From the human T2T-CHM13v2.0 reference genome, Homo sapiens: a DNA stretch of 64,000 bases. The notes beneath the pieces were generated by a model. It searched no databases. It was not told the origin of the DNA and was given only the letters and a program-made list of their open reading frames with translations. The stretch is taken from assembly GCF_009914755.1 (NCBI RefSeq), contig NC_060946.1. One strand, given 5' to 3'. The position numbers and the translations under genes are program-made. Positions 1 through 13,939 of this stretch are shown here, piece after piece (position 1 is the stretch's first letter; every line of letters begins with the position of its first letter).

Positions 1-345
1 TAGTCAAATGTGGGCTTATGCATGAAACAATGAGCAGAATCATTCTGATATGCATGGGGCAATCATGGAAAACATGTAAACAGCTGCTGTAGTATTTATA
101 AAAATCCTTGCAGAGCCAAATAAAATCCCATCATTTGCAGCCTACTCAGTTTTTCATTTTCCTTTAATAAGAAAATGGGAGAAAAACCAGTTACTCATTG
201 GGCATTAAGAGGAGAATAAGCATGTAAAAACCTAATTTCACCATCTTTGAGGCCAATCACCGTCTGGATTTCAGCTGGCATTTGAAGTCTATTCTCCAGC
301 CAAACTGAGATTCCTTACCATTGTAAAAGAAAAAAAAAAAAAAAC

Positions 346-706
346 ATGCCCAGAGCTTGCCTTTCCTCTTCTTGTTGCCTAGAATGTACTCCCTCATCTC
401 TGCCTGGTAAAAATCAGCCTACCCTTCAAGTCAAGTTAAAATACTACTCTACCGTGAAGACTCTCTTGGTCCACTCATTCCTACCCCCAATTCCAAATAC
501 TTCTTCATCTCCCATCCAATCTAGCTGTGACCTCTCCTTTAATTCACTCTCCAGAGAACTTTGTGCCTCTCTGGTGATGCTTAACATATGCCACCTCATA
601 TTTCAGGTATTTGGGGACTTGCCTTATCCCCACTACTAGATCGTAGCCTGAGAAATGCACTTTATTCATCTTTGCATCTCCTGCAGCTATAGTAAATGTT
701 TAATAA
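346..706 (+). mobile_element. L2 LINE 3' fragment
   Basis: Pyrimidine-rich L2-like body ending ...ttattcatctttgcatctc...gtaaatgtttaataa. Confidence 0.6.
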
Positions 707-1114
707 TATGATCACTTATGATAAATTTGATTTTTAAAATTATTCTAATTTAGAAGCATGTCATTGAAACAGTCTCTAAAATAGCTACACAGTCTATTAA
801 GGAATAATATATATTTTAAACTCTAAACAAATATCTGGTTTTATTTAACAAAAACTGTACAATTTCATATTAATGTTTAAAGCTCATCCATGGTAAGATT
901 ATACCTCTGTGCCTATTAATCTTACCTAGTTTATTTGGTCAATATAAATAGTAACTCTACTTGTACATGTAATTACACACAGTCAATAATCTGTTAACTT
1001 AAGATCCCTCCTTTAACTGATATCTCTTACAGTTAGAATTTTTATGCTTACATTTTAAACAAAAAGATAAAGAAATGTACTAAGTTTCTCCATATTTTCA
1101 TCTTGTTTCAATCA

Positions 1115-1896
<782 letters not shown>

Positions 1897-2819
1897 TTAA
1901 AAAATAAAGTCACCGAGTTCTGCTCAAATTAGCACAATTTGCCCACATTTACAGTTATTTACTGGAAATATTGGTTCTATAATAGCCCAGTTCTTCTAAA
2001 TTGCTTGTTTCATGAATACTATGAATAGGACAGCATTTATATAGTTCATTAAAATTTCTTGAGAACCACGCTAGCATCAGAAATAATTAGAACAATGACA
2101 AGCATATGCAGTTATGATTTACTTATCAATGAGATCTATTTTGTATTTGTGTAAACTGACAAACTACTTACTTTTCACCTAAGTTATTCTACCTTTATTG
2201 ATAGTAGTCATTAATTTTTCTTCCCTTCTCTTGGTCCTTTGCATCATCTACAGTAACCTAAAGCTAATCCTCCCTTGAAATTATAAAGTATGTGAAGTTT
2301 GTGGTCAACATCCTCTATCTTCATTCTCAACTATCTTCTTCTCCTGTCCCCTCAAAACACAGACCCCTTAATGTTGTTTCTTGACTACCCAGGGTCCCCA
2401 CCAAAGTGGGCCTGTCAGAACAGTTCACACAGTCACTATGGTCTTGATGTTTCATGAATCCTCCCTACCAGCTACATCAAGTGGTTATATGGATCCTGTT
2501 TCTCAACATCTTGCTGGATGACTGGCCAGCAAAGATAACAAAGAGCACACAAATGTTACTATCAAATTTGCATTTTCCTATGATTTTTAAAGCCTCAGCA
2601 CAAAGGAATTTTAGAAAAATAAGTTATAGAAAATGTATCTGAAAGCAAATAAATTTCTCGGTATCTTCAAAATATACTGTCTATAAAACTGTCTTGTCTT
2701 TTATTTATTTTTTATTCTTTTGAGATGGAGACTTTTCTTATAAACAAACCAAACCCTAGATTGCAAACTCCTAAAGAAGCAGAAGGAGAGAAGCCCAGTG
2801 GATACGGCCCTCCCCCTTA

Positions 2820-2930
2820 AAGTACCCAGGTCAAGAGCCAGCTTCTGAATAGCTATGTGATCCCAAGGGAACCAGTTTACCTTTCTGCTACTCTGCTTAC
2901 TAGTCTGCAAAATCAAATGCTCCTTAAGGT
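2820..2930 (+). mobile_element. MIR fragment
   Basis: agctatgtgatcccaagggaaccagtttacctttct...gtctgcaaaat resembles the MIR core. Confidence 0.5.
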
Positions 2931-3844
2931 TCTTTTTCTTTTACAAATGTTTTAGTCTAAGTATTATAAATACTATCTAGCAAAAGCCTAGGCTAAAACA
3001 AGAAGGATTCTCTAAAATAAATAATATTTGTGTCACTAAAAATAACATTTTAATTAATATAGAACTAGTTAATATTTAAATATGTATTAATTATGTATTA
3101 ATCACATGGGTTCCTTGGTCATTTCTTCTTAAAAGCAATTGCATATGCTCTCCAGGATATGTAATTCTACCCTTCACATAAACCTCTAATACTAGTTCCT
3201 TCCACCATGGTTTTGTATTGTGTGTGTTTGTTTGAATAAGTTACTGGGGGAAAAAAAAGGCAAGTCAGATACACCAAAGCAAAAATCAGAAAAGGGGAAA
3301 CTATAGTGGCATTTAGCCAATCATTCAAAATGTTTTCAGTCTCTGACACTGCATCCTCAAATATATCTAATTCTTGGTCATCAATACCACAATAAATATT
3401 ATCTTATTTATCAAAAGGTCACTTATTTAACTACCTCAACTATTTAAAACATAGCCTAAAACCAGAAAGTATAAAGGGAGAACAAATGTCAAGCTTTTTG
3501 GGGTTTCTTAGTTTAATAAGTAGATAGTTGATGAATTTACATGACAACAGTATTACCTTCAGCAACATGGAAAGAAAAATAAAAACCATACAAAGAAGAC
3601 ATAAAATTATTTTAAAAGAAATAAAACATCAATCTGGGATCATTTAGTATAGAAATAAATAATTCTACATTCCTTAAAAGCTCCTAAAGGTTTACTGTGT
3701 TAGAGCAGTAGAATAATTCATGCTTGTGATAATAATACTGAGTAATCAGGAGAAAGTTAAATCATGCTTAGTACCTTCTGTTTAAGAAGGCAGAAAATAT
3801 GTAATATATTTTAGAAAACTTCACCTAAAAAAATGGGCAGGTAT

Positions 3845-3962
3845 GGGGCAGTGGTAGCTCATGCCTGTAATCCCAGCACTTTGGAAGGCTGAGACAGGCG
3901 GATCATTTGAGGTCAAGAGTTCGAGACCAGCCTAACCAACAAGGTGAAACCCCATCTCTACT
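3845..3962 (+). mobile_element. Alu left arm only (AluS-like, 3' truncated)
   Basis: gctcatgcctgtaatcccagcactttgg...gaaaccccatctctact, then non-Alu sequence. Confidence 0.9.
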
Positions 3963-5385
3963 CTCCATTCCACCCTCTGTTGGAAAAACAAAAACAAAAA
4001 CTAATTATTAAGCAGTAAAGACTCAACGCCTACCAAAATGATCATGTATCCACCATCACTCACTGTGACATTTTCTCTTCAAAAAAACAACAGTCTTACT
4101 TATGCCTGAAAATCTCTACTTCATAAACACAGCTCCCAAAATATCTAATACTCCTGGATTTCATCCTTCCCTACTCCCCTCTACCATCTTTATAGGTTCA
4201 AGCCTATATACATTGAGTTTTTGGAAGAGTGTGTGTCCAAACAATCAGTTCCCACAAAGACCTCCCGGCTCCCAACTCTACCAGGCCCCTATTCCAAATG
4301 TCAGCTGCTCCGTAACTCGGGCTTGCCTCAACATCTGTGCTTCTACAAGTCTCAGGCCCCCAATATGATGTAAATCTAAAATATTACCTCTCACAAAGTA
4401 AATGGTGCTGGAAATATGGGTGCATTCATGAATGACCATTGGCTTACTAACCAGATATAAGATAGATAAATTTCATTCTTTAATAGTTCAAATTGAGAGA
4501 TATCTACCAGCAAAAAAGCTTATATGCAGCTTTGACAACTGCCTTCAAGCTTATTTCACAAGACTTCTCTAAAAATGCTGCTTAGTATACAGAAGGTGTA
4601 AGTCAAAGAACATAATTTTATGTTTTTTCTTAAAATGCATGCAAAAAGGACAGAATACTCAAAATAACAATGACAGAACACCCTAACAGAATACTCTAAA
4701 TGGCAAAATGTGCTGAAAAGGGAATACAGTTAAAGAATTCAATCATGTGAGAATGTGAGAACTCCTCTTAGCTAGAAGAACCTAAAAAGGGTGGACTAAC
4801 AAGAAAGTTCAGGACAAAGGTTTCCTATAAATCCTGAAAATGTCAGTTAAATGATATAATTCTTACAGCTTTCAATAAAATGACATGGTTTTAGCACATC
4901 AATAAAAGCAAAGTCTTAAAGCTGAGACATACATTGTTATTAATGATATAATGAATTCACTGTAGAAGCTAAAGCTGACAGGGCCAGCCGGGATTTCAGG
5001 TTTTCCACAGCATGTCATCACTGTGACTGACTAGCAAAATGAAGGTGGCTGCTGGCGCCCTTTCTTGAAGTTGGGCCAATTAAACTCTGTAGCCTCTTAC
5101 ACTGGCAATGTTTACTGGCTAGCTCCTGAATAGTAAAGGTGCCAACTCAGATTTCTTCATCACTGACTTCCTTCACTTCTTGTCAAGTCTATCAACTATT
5201 CCCATCTTCTCAAATGTTCCTGGAAGTAGTTTTCTATAGATGACCATTCCCTACCAATTTTACAGAATCAAAAATATTTAGGACTAAAAGGAGTAAAGAT
5301 TTAGTCTGGTGGTTTACAACCATGGCACTCCTGCACTGATATCACATGATCAGTTGTGAGCTGTGTCACAAATAACTGTAACTTT

Positions 5386-5503
5386 CCCATCTCCTCCCCC
5401 TGTTTTTAATTGAAAGGAAGTTCACATAACATAGAATTAACCATTTAAAATATTAAATTCAGTGGCGTTTAGTACATGCACAATATTACACAACCACCAC
5501 CTC
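5386..5503 (-). mobile_element. L1MB-like 3' tip with TSD
   Basis: aagttcacataacatagaattaaccattt...agtacatgcacaat; TSD ataactgt(a/g)acttt at 5372-5385 and 5504-5517. Confidence 0.75.
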
Positions 5504-5729
5504 ATAACTGTGACTTTAATTTTAATAGGTGCATAGTTAAGATTATCCCTTTAATGAGTCACCCTCGTTACTAATGAATAAGTCACCCTCACTTATATTC
5601 AATATTGCATTTCTGAGAGGTTGATAAATGGATAGAGATAAATTTGCAAGCTTAGCATTTCTAATAACTGGCCGGTCAGAAGATCTTGCCAACTGACTGA
5701 AGATCACTGTGCATCTCATCCCATAAATA

Positions 5730-6050
5730 TATTCATCATTTATACATTCATTCATTCAGCTCCTCTTCTGTGCCTATGCCCTCAAAACTTTAAACTGATA
5801 GAGACAGACATACTGACAGCTTCAGTACAGGGCTACAACTGTGGCCTATAAAAATATAGTCAAAGGAGGGTATGGCCATCTATGCCTGGCAATAGAAGAA
5901 CTGCTTACAGAAGGATTCACCAAGGAGGAGAAGGCTGAGTTAGTTCTTAAAGTATAACCAGTAACAAAAGGAAGGCAAGTTAAGAAGAACATGAGGAGAA
6001 GGCCCTCTAGAAAGGGGAAAGAAACTTAGTGAGCCATGTCCAGCTAGACT
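5730..6050 (-). mobile_element. L2 fragment
   Basis: (CATT)n L2 tail followed by purine-rich antisense L2 body. Confidence 0.5.
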
Positions 6051-6084
6051 ATGGAGTATTATCATACTACGAGGAAAAACATAT

Positions 6085-6300
6085 TAAGTACTTTTTATAT
6101 GCAAGGAACTCTCGTAAGCATTTTACATTATAACTACAGAGTCACACTAAGAGCTAGGTGCCATTCACATTAAATAGCTGAGATCTCTGAAGTACAGAGA
6201 AGTTAAGTAACTTGGCTACACAGCTGCTGAGAGGCTGGACTAGAATTCTCATGCCCAGGCAGTCTAGCTTCAGAGTCCATCCTCTCCATCATGCTACAAC
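6085..6300 (-). mobile_element. MIR
   Basis: ctgaagtacagagaagttaagtaacttggctacacagct...cccaggcagtctagcttcagagtcca. Confidence 0.75.
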
Positions 6301-6530
6301 CTATACTACAGTCTTCTTTTTCATCTTCTTCTTTTGAATAAAATTAATTGTTTAAGGTGGATATTTTATGATGTAAACTACAATACGCCACAACACACTG
6401 AAAGTGAACAAATGACTTCAACAGTGAGTGGGCACCACTAAGAATCCCTTTGACCTTTCAGCAAAGGAAAGCTCAAGTGACAAATCATATCAGAAGATCA
6501 GTAAAGCTTATTTTATTTCTTATTCTTTTA

Positions 6531-6822
6531 ATTTTTTTTTTGAGACAGAGTCTCGCTCTGTCACCTAGGCTGGAGTGCAGTGGCATGACCTCAGCTCACT
6601 GCAACCTCTGCCTCCTGGGTTCAAGCGATTCTCGTGCCTCAGCCAGCTGAGTTGCTGGGTTAACAAGCATGCACCACTATTCCTGGCTAATTTTTGTATT
6701 TTTAGTAGAGACGGGGTTTCAATATGTTGGTCAGGCTGGTCTCGAACTCTTAGCCTCAAGTGATCCACGCGCCTCAGCCTCCCAAAGTGCTGAGATTACA
6801 GACATGAGCCACTGCACCCAGC
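6531..6822 (-). mobile_element. AluS, full length
   Basis: Antisense Alu; perfect TSD tcttattctttta at 6518-6530 and 6823-6835. Confidence 0.95.
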
Positions 6823-7015
6823 TCTTATTCTTTTAGAATATAAAAATACATAAAAACATAAGTTCTCAGATTTTCCCATATGCAGTCATTTTCCTGCAAC
6901 CATCCCCTCTCACCCCAGCCCAGTTTATGCTTATCCAACTTTGGAGAACATTTAATAGACAAGGAAGAAACAGGGTAGGGCTTTAAGAAGGTGAGTAATA
7001 TGAACAGATATGCAT

Positions 7016-7249
7016 TTTTTTTGTTTGGGAGTTTGTTTTTTTGCTTTGTTTGATACAGGGTATTGCTCTGTCACTCAGGCTGGAGTGTAACGGCACTATC
7101 ACAGCTCACTGCAGCCTCAACCTACTGGGTTCAATCAATTCTCCCACCTCAGCCTCCCACACAGCTGAGACTATAGGTGTGCACCAGTGCACCTGGCTAA
7201 TTTTTGTTTTTTTGGTAGAGATGAGGTTTTGCCATGTTCCCTAGGCTAG
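7016..7249 (-). mobile_element. AluJ, 5' truncated
   Basis: cactgcagcctcaacct (J-type) right arm plus part of left arm; degenerate tail. Confidence 0.9.
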
Positions 7250-8939
7250 ACATGTGTTTTTTTAAGTAATTACTTGGAAGGATTAGAGGGGGAAAAAAGA
7301 GGCCAGAAAAAGAAAATTCATTAGGATGACATTTGCAATAAATCCAGCAAGTGATAATAATGAGGCACTAACTATAACAGTGGGGAGTCAAATGTGAAAG
7401 ATTAAGTGACTCCCCCAAGGCCAAGAGTCAAGAGATCCGCCAGAACCAAAACCTGGGTCTCTTGGTTGCACTGATCTGGGAATGGAGTATAGAATGGATT
7501 TGAAGAAAGACTACTATCATGAAATTTCTAAGACTTCTCTGTATAACTACTTTTGTCCACAATACTTATTTTTAAAGTCTGATGTTATACTATTAAATAA
7601 ATTGTGGCCCAAAATGAATAATATAATAATACCAACTAGCACAGCATTCTGGCAAGTAACTAAGTAATTTAGTATAGGCATATTAAAATTTAAGACTTAG
7701 CCTTATAATACAGAAACAAAGTACTCCATCATAGAGAAAGCATAGGGACTTGAAATACATTCTTTTGTAAAAGTAATAAGCTATTCTAAGACACAAATCT
7801 ACAGGGCATAATCCTCACAAATGAGCTTCCAAACAAGGCTTTTAAATGGAACTCCATCAGAGAAATCATTTGAGAGCCAGATTCACATTTTATTAATGTG
7901 ACAAGTATAACAAGATAAATATATCATATGACTCTCAAATGACATAATTAATGTAGCTTATGTCGACATATTCCTATTAATGGCCTTTTATTATGTGTGA
8001 ACAGTAAAATAACATTAGATGAGCAATGAAAAAATCCAATCAGCAGCAGCTTTCCTGAAGGTTTTGACTGCAGTCTTATTTACACAGTGTTATCTGATAC
8101 TAATCCTTGGATTTTAAAGAGCAGAAATAGCTTCAGAATTATAAACAAACATGTTCCTATGAGATGAGCATTTTAATTACTATCATTTCTGCAAATATAA
8201 GATAAAGATGTGATGCATGATATAGTCTCTTGACTAAAGGTAAAAACGGGAAAGTATATTTTTCCAGGCCAATAAGGTTATATGAATAAAAGAATCATGA
8301 CACTGGATGGGGTACCTGGTTGACAGAGCCTGGTACTATGTTTTAACCATGACTTTCACTGAGATTTTGCCGAGAGTGTGATTTCTCCCTCCCTACTATT
8401 GTCTACAAAAGATTAGAAATGAGTGACAAAATATTCTGGTTTTCTTTAACAATCCACTACAGTCTGCATCTATGAATCAACTGAAATATAAGAAAGCCTA
8501 AAAATATAGGTTTTAAAAATAGTTCTGATTTACTTTCATAACAAATAAGTATATATTGAGCAACTATATTATCCTTGGCACCAAAAAAAGAGTTGTAAAA
8601 TATGGTTCCTGAACTCAAGGAGTTTTAAGTGTAATGAGGAGGCAAGATATATACACAAATAGAGATATATGCACAAGGAGACCAAAAGATTACAACCAAT
8701 AAAAGACAATCCACTTACAGAGGCACAGACTCTAAATGCTCCAAGAATTCAGAGGTGGGTAAAATCACTATGGTTTTTTTTCTCAAGAGGAAAGGGGAAT
8801 GGGAAGAAGAGCACCTTGGTGCTAGTATCTAGAAGTGACGGAGCAAAGCTCTGGCTAACATTCATTTATTGGGATCATCTCAGCTTTATCTTTCTTGGAT
8901 AAAAATCCCTAGTCAGAAAAATTCCCAAGTATAATGGTA

Positions 8940-9165
8940 AATAACACACATTTTGAAGTAAATAAGGCCTGGTCCAATCCTAGCTGTGATCCTACCATGC
9001 TATGTGACTGGGTAAGTCACTTCACCCCTCTAAACCTCAGTTTGCTTATATGTAAAATACAAATTATAACACCTACCACCTCACTGGATAAGAATTAAAT
9101 AAACACATATAGAGCAATTAAAGATGACTAGCATAGAACAAGTGCTTTTAAAATTATAGCTGTTT
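8940..9165 (+). mobile_element. MIR
   Basis: ctatgtgactgggtaagtcacttcacccctctaaacctcagtttgcttatatgtaaaat. Confidence 0.8.
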
Positions 9166-9234
9166 ATTTGTATGATATTAAATGCCATTCTTACCATGAC
9201 AAGGTTGGGTTAACTGCTCAGAATCTTGCTTTTT

Positions 9235-9635
<401 letters not shown>

Positions 9636-11639
9636 GAATCTTGCTTTTTAGGGCAATTACATGGCTCTTGGTGGGAGACCTATTGCACTCTAGAAGACTG
9701 GGACCTAAGGTCCTCATTGACACTGGGGGCAGAACATGATTAATTTTGTTCTGACAGTTTCTTTGTGAAAAGGTTGCAAACCCTAACTGAATATTGCAGA
9801 CTCACACCTTTAAAAAGCTTGTTTTAGTATTTAGATTAATCCAGCAAGTAAGCAGAGAAAAGAGAGGAGAGAGCTCCCGTTCAATCATATACCCCAGCTG
9901 CATGCTCCATTAGAAACAAAGAAATCTAGAACCTATAATCACTCTCTTACAGTGAGCCTAGGATTTAGAAAAGCCAAAACTAGTAGTGACTGACAGGACA
10001 CCATGATAGCAAGCTACCACAAATGCTGCTTGGGGTAGCACTCTTTGGATGATCTTCCTAGCTTTGTTAAAATCACATCAATGCAGTATCACTTTTCATC
10101 TGTAGGGTAAATGGTTTTTATGAAACCGTTTGGTAAAACACATGGCATGTGACTGTATCACTACAAATGTGTTAGCAGACTGAGCCAGAAACCATGGCAA
10201 TGATCTGATCATGTGAGTATTCTGGCAAGAGTAAGAAAATAAACCTAATCTTTGTAAAGACTTACTGGTGCCCTACCAGAGTTGGATATCTAATCTCTTC
10301 CAAGGGAGCTCCTATTTCCAATGTAGAAGAAACAAGAATTGTTGTCAAGCTACCACCAAATAAGCATATGGTATTTGATGGCTCAGCTTATTTTTTAATC
10401 TTTTATGAACTCTGAAGAATTGTATCTGGATCTTTACAACATGATGATATGAGATTATGAATACAGTGAATAAATACAACCTTCTGGTATAGCAATTTAA
10501 GCATCACAGAGTGAGTAAATACTGCAGAGTGAATCCTAACACTTGAAACAGAATCTTCCAGAGTCCAGAAATCCACCTGACTGCCAAGAATAATACTTCC
10601 GTGGTTCAAGCAATACCAGTACCCAGAGGGGTTTCCACAGACATAACCACATGAGTTACTGCATATTGGGTAAAATAGAAAAAGCAGACGTTTATGAATG
10701 TAGAGTTTGCAGACATCTTAAAACTACTCATAAACATGCAATTACAAATATAGAAGAAATGGGGGACTTTAGGAATACGCAGCATCTGTTTAAATTGCTT
10801 AATTATATGGTTTCTTCTATGAGTTTTCCTCGTTCTGTCTGTATTGGGGTTGGAGGTGGGGGTGGGGAATATATAGTTCTCTCAACCAAAGTGAATGGAA
10901 TCAATCTCACTGAAAGAAGCTCTGTGATGAGAACTATTATAATATATAAGAGATTCTTGACTTCAGGATGAAGTAGAAAAGACACAGGGTCAGAGGACAA
11001 AATGCCATCAATTAGATATCAAAGAAAACCTTTCAATTCGCCAGGCTATGCTAAGGCAGGGTTTGTTAGATTCTCTAGCAATAAAACAAATGCACAATAT
11101 CTTCTCATGCACCTCACACATGATTTCTATTTCAGTTCTGATATAAAACACAGTATCACACATCGTGCCACAAAGAAAAGAGTCAGTTTAGCTAGTTCAA
11201 GTAAAAACCAGGCAGCGGCTAACAGAGACAGGTCAAGGCTGGAGAGGACCACAGCACATTCAGTTTGCTATGTTTTCCTTCAGAAGAATGTCAATAAAAA
11301 CCACGGCCAAATGAGGTATTTGAAGTTTAAAAAAAAAAAAAAAAAAAGGCCTGTTATGCAGTGAACAACTGGGTTCGCCTAACAGTTAGGGGCAGTCAGA
11401 CAAGTTGGCAAAAAGGAGCCCTAGCCAAATGTACAGCGGCCAACAACTTGAAGAAAGCTGTCTTTCTCCCTCGACGTCCTAGGGTAGGGACCAGTCCCAC
11501 ATTTAGAAACGTTATTTCTGGGACCAATAGCAATTTATTTTGATAGAACCGCTGGATTTTTTTTTTTCTTGAGTTCTCAACAAAGGAGCCATATTAGGAA
11601 ATAATCTCGCAAAAAGCAAAGTGCCCCCTCCCCCTTTTC

Positions 11640-12850
11640 CCCATGATCGATTCACACACGCTGGTGCACGCTGACACGCACAGACACACGCCCGTGCACA
11701 ATGGCCAGCGCAGGCAATCGCACGGGCCCACGAGGCCTCAGGAGCCCCGCAGGCTGAAGGCCCGGCTATGGCCAGCCCCAGGCGCTCAGGCAGGAGGCCT
11801 CTCGGCCCGCCGCCCCGGAACCAGCTGCTGGGCTGGTGTGCTGGGGCTGCTCGCCCCCCAGCGGGGCCCTGGGGAAACGGCTGCCAGCGGCTCAGAGCCT
11901 TTTAACCCCTTGGGGAAATAGGTGTTATAACACCACCTGCGGGGCCTGTGTCAGGGGTGCAGCCTCAAATCCACTCCCGCCCCACGCCCCGCCATGGGGC
12001 AACACCTAGTAGGTCTTGGCTGGCTCCTGCAAAGCTAATCGTGTCGCTGTCTGCACAGGACTTCTAAAGCAAACGGGTGCTTCCGAGCTGTCACCCCTGG
12101 GGCTCCAGGCATATCATGAAGGAAAAACTTAAAGGGCAGTGGATGCAGACCAGATTTGGTAACTCGTCCCTAAGGGACTGATGCAAGTCCCAAAGGAACC
12201 AGGGCTGTTTGGACCAGCTGGCCCAGCAAACTACGGAAGGGGTGGAGAGACCTGAAGGTAACCGCCCCGTGTTACCCTTCCCCGGGTTGGGCTTTGGGGC
12301 CCCATTCCCCTCTCCAGGACACTTACCTTCTTCCGGGGCTGCCATTTCATCATATTTGTAAAGCCGATACGTGGAACATCAAGATGTTGGCTGGGGGCTG
12401 GGGGCAGATGCAGGGCAGCGACGACTGCAAGTCATGCTGCCTCCCTCCCACCCCCTAATTCTTTCCCATATTCACTGCGAAGGGAAAAGCCCCAGGAGAG
12501 TCCAGTCTTTTCGCCTTCAGTTCAATGAAAAGTATCCCCAAACCACGAACACACTTCCCACCAGGCTAGGAAGTCCCAGCAGCCACCGGCGTACTCCTGC
12601 CAGAGCGGGGCATTTTCCCGGCCGGCGCCTGCAAAAGGAGCCTGTAGCAGGGGGTCTCCAAGCTGGCTGCAGAGACCCTCCCTCAGAGAAGAGACTGAGA
12701 ACGCGGGCTGCTACAGAATCCCAGCCGGGCTTCTACCATCCAAACCCCTTTTGGCGAATTCTCCTCTTCTCAAAAAAGATTAGACAAGCAATCAAACCCT
12801 CACGCGCAGCCTGGAGCAATTCCCACAATTCTGGGTGTATTTCTCGTTTG
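11640..12850. promoter_or_regulatory. CpG-rich promoter-like region (probable internal/alternative promoter, minus strand)
   Basis: 25 CpGs counted in 11641-12000 against a CpG-poor background; GC boxes (cccgcccc, ccacgcccc at ~11976-11990); AP-2-like gccccaggc; non-repetitive; A/T tracts at 11329-11347 and 13009-13021. Confidence 0.8.
12327..12345 (-). CDS. Candidate coding part of an alternative first exon (MAAPEE + 1 nt, phase 1); alternative frame MMKWQPRKK from 12353 (phase 0)
   Basis: gaaATGG strong Kozak context, immediately followed by consensus donor GAAGAAG|GTAAGT (intron starts at 12326), inside the CpG-rich region; exon 5' end not determinable. Confidence 0.5.
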
Positions 12851-13939
12851 TAAAATTTAGCAAAGAAAATTCCAAAGATCTGTAATCAGAGCTTCTTTAC
12901 GCTGTTTTCGCTTCCTTCTTGGATAACTTGGGAAAAGGATCTGCCCTTCTCGAAATGCCTACCTTCCCTGAACACTGTAAATAGGAAAACTTGGTTTGTG
13001 TGTTTAGATTTTTTTTTTTTTAATTCCCAAGAACCTTAGTGGGGAAAGGCTGGAAGGAAATCCTGCAAGAACCCAACTCCACAGCTCAGTCTGCACTAAT
13101 GACTTCCTTCCCTTCAGTGCGAGCACAGCCAGCCCAGCTTCAGCCACACAGAGCAAACGGTTTCTGGGTCTTAGTGCCACGACATCTGCTCCAACACAAA
13201 AAGTAAAGCATGCAGTTTCAGAGGCACCCAACGGCTCCTAAGGAATCAAAGCCAAAAACACCTAAGCGGTCAGGAAATCATTTCAAAAGACATACTTAGA
13301 CTTGTAAGGCAGTTATATCTAGAGAAAAAAAAGGAAAAGGAAAGTACTCTAGGCCAAAATCTTAATTTCTGATTTGAAGAAAAAAGATTTGAAGTATCTG
13401 GCAGAATAAAATATTTTAATCAAGAATTTTACCCCCAATGAACTTTAATAGATTCCATTTCCTTCTCTAAATTTAGCACTAATTTCATTACTATAAAAAA
13501 TATTTCTATGGGGATTGAGTTTCATTCATCTTCTGTGAAATCATTCCATCCTATTTAAGGAGATACATCTACAAATATAAAAATATTATATAATTCTACT
13601 ATTTATCATCCAACATGTCTGTCAACTCCTAAACCACCATAAAGCTGTTTTGATAGCTGGGAATATAATGGGTAAACTACTAGAATACCAACTGATATGC
13701 ATAATAATAGTAACTGATGTACCAATGTTCCAACAATGTTTAACTTATTACCCTCAGACTTCTGTATGCATTCCCAGGATTAGCTAATGTGGGAGATTAT
13801 ATGCAGATTGATCACTAACTATATCAGTATAAGTAAGTCATTAAAACACCCAAAACAATTAGTTAACTCAAAGGGACTGCTTTTGAGTTCTTTTCCAAGC
13901 CTGAGAATCTGAAATTCAATAGAGGGCATTATCTTTATA

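Noticed and set aside
300-345. Poly-U tract followed by ATG|GTAAGG on - (microexon?)
   Set aside because: No AG between the tract and the donor (CAA instead of CAG).
12091-12326. Continuation of the MAAPEE ORF to 84 aa
   Set aside because: Reads through a perfect splice donor, so it is most likely intron.
12379-12381. In-frame TGA as selenocysteine or programmed readthrough
   Set aside because: No SECIS is assessable here and the context (TGA TGT T) is not the TGA CTAG readthrough motif.
12371-12853. 160-aa plus-strand ORF in the CpG-rich region
   Set aside because: Starts at GTG, GC-rich sequence depletes stops, no recognisable homology.
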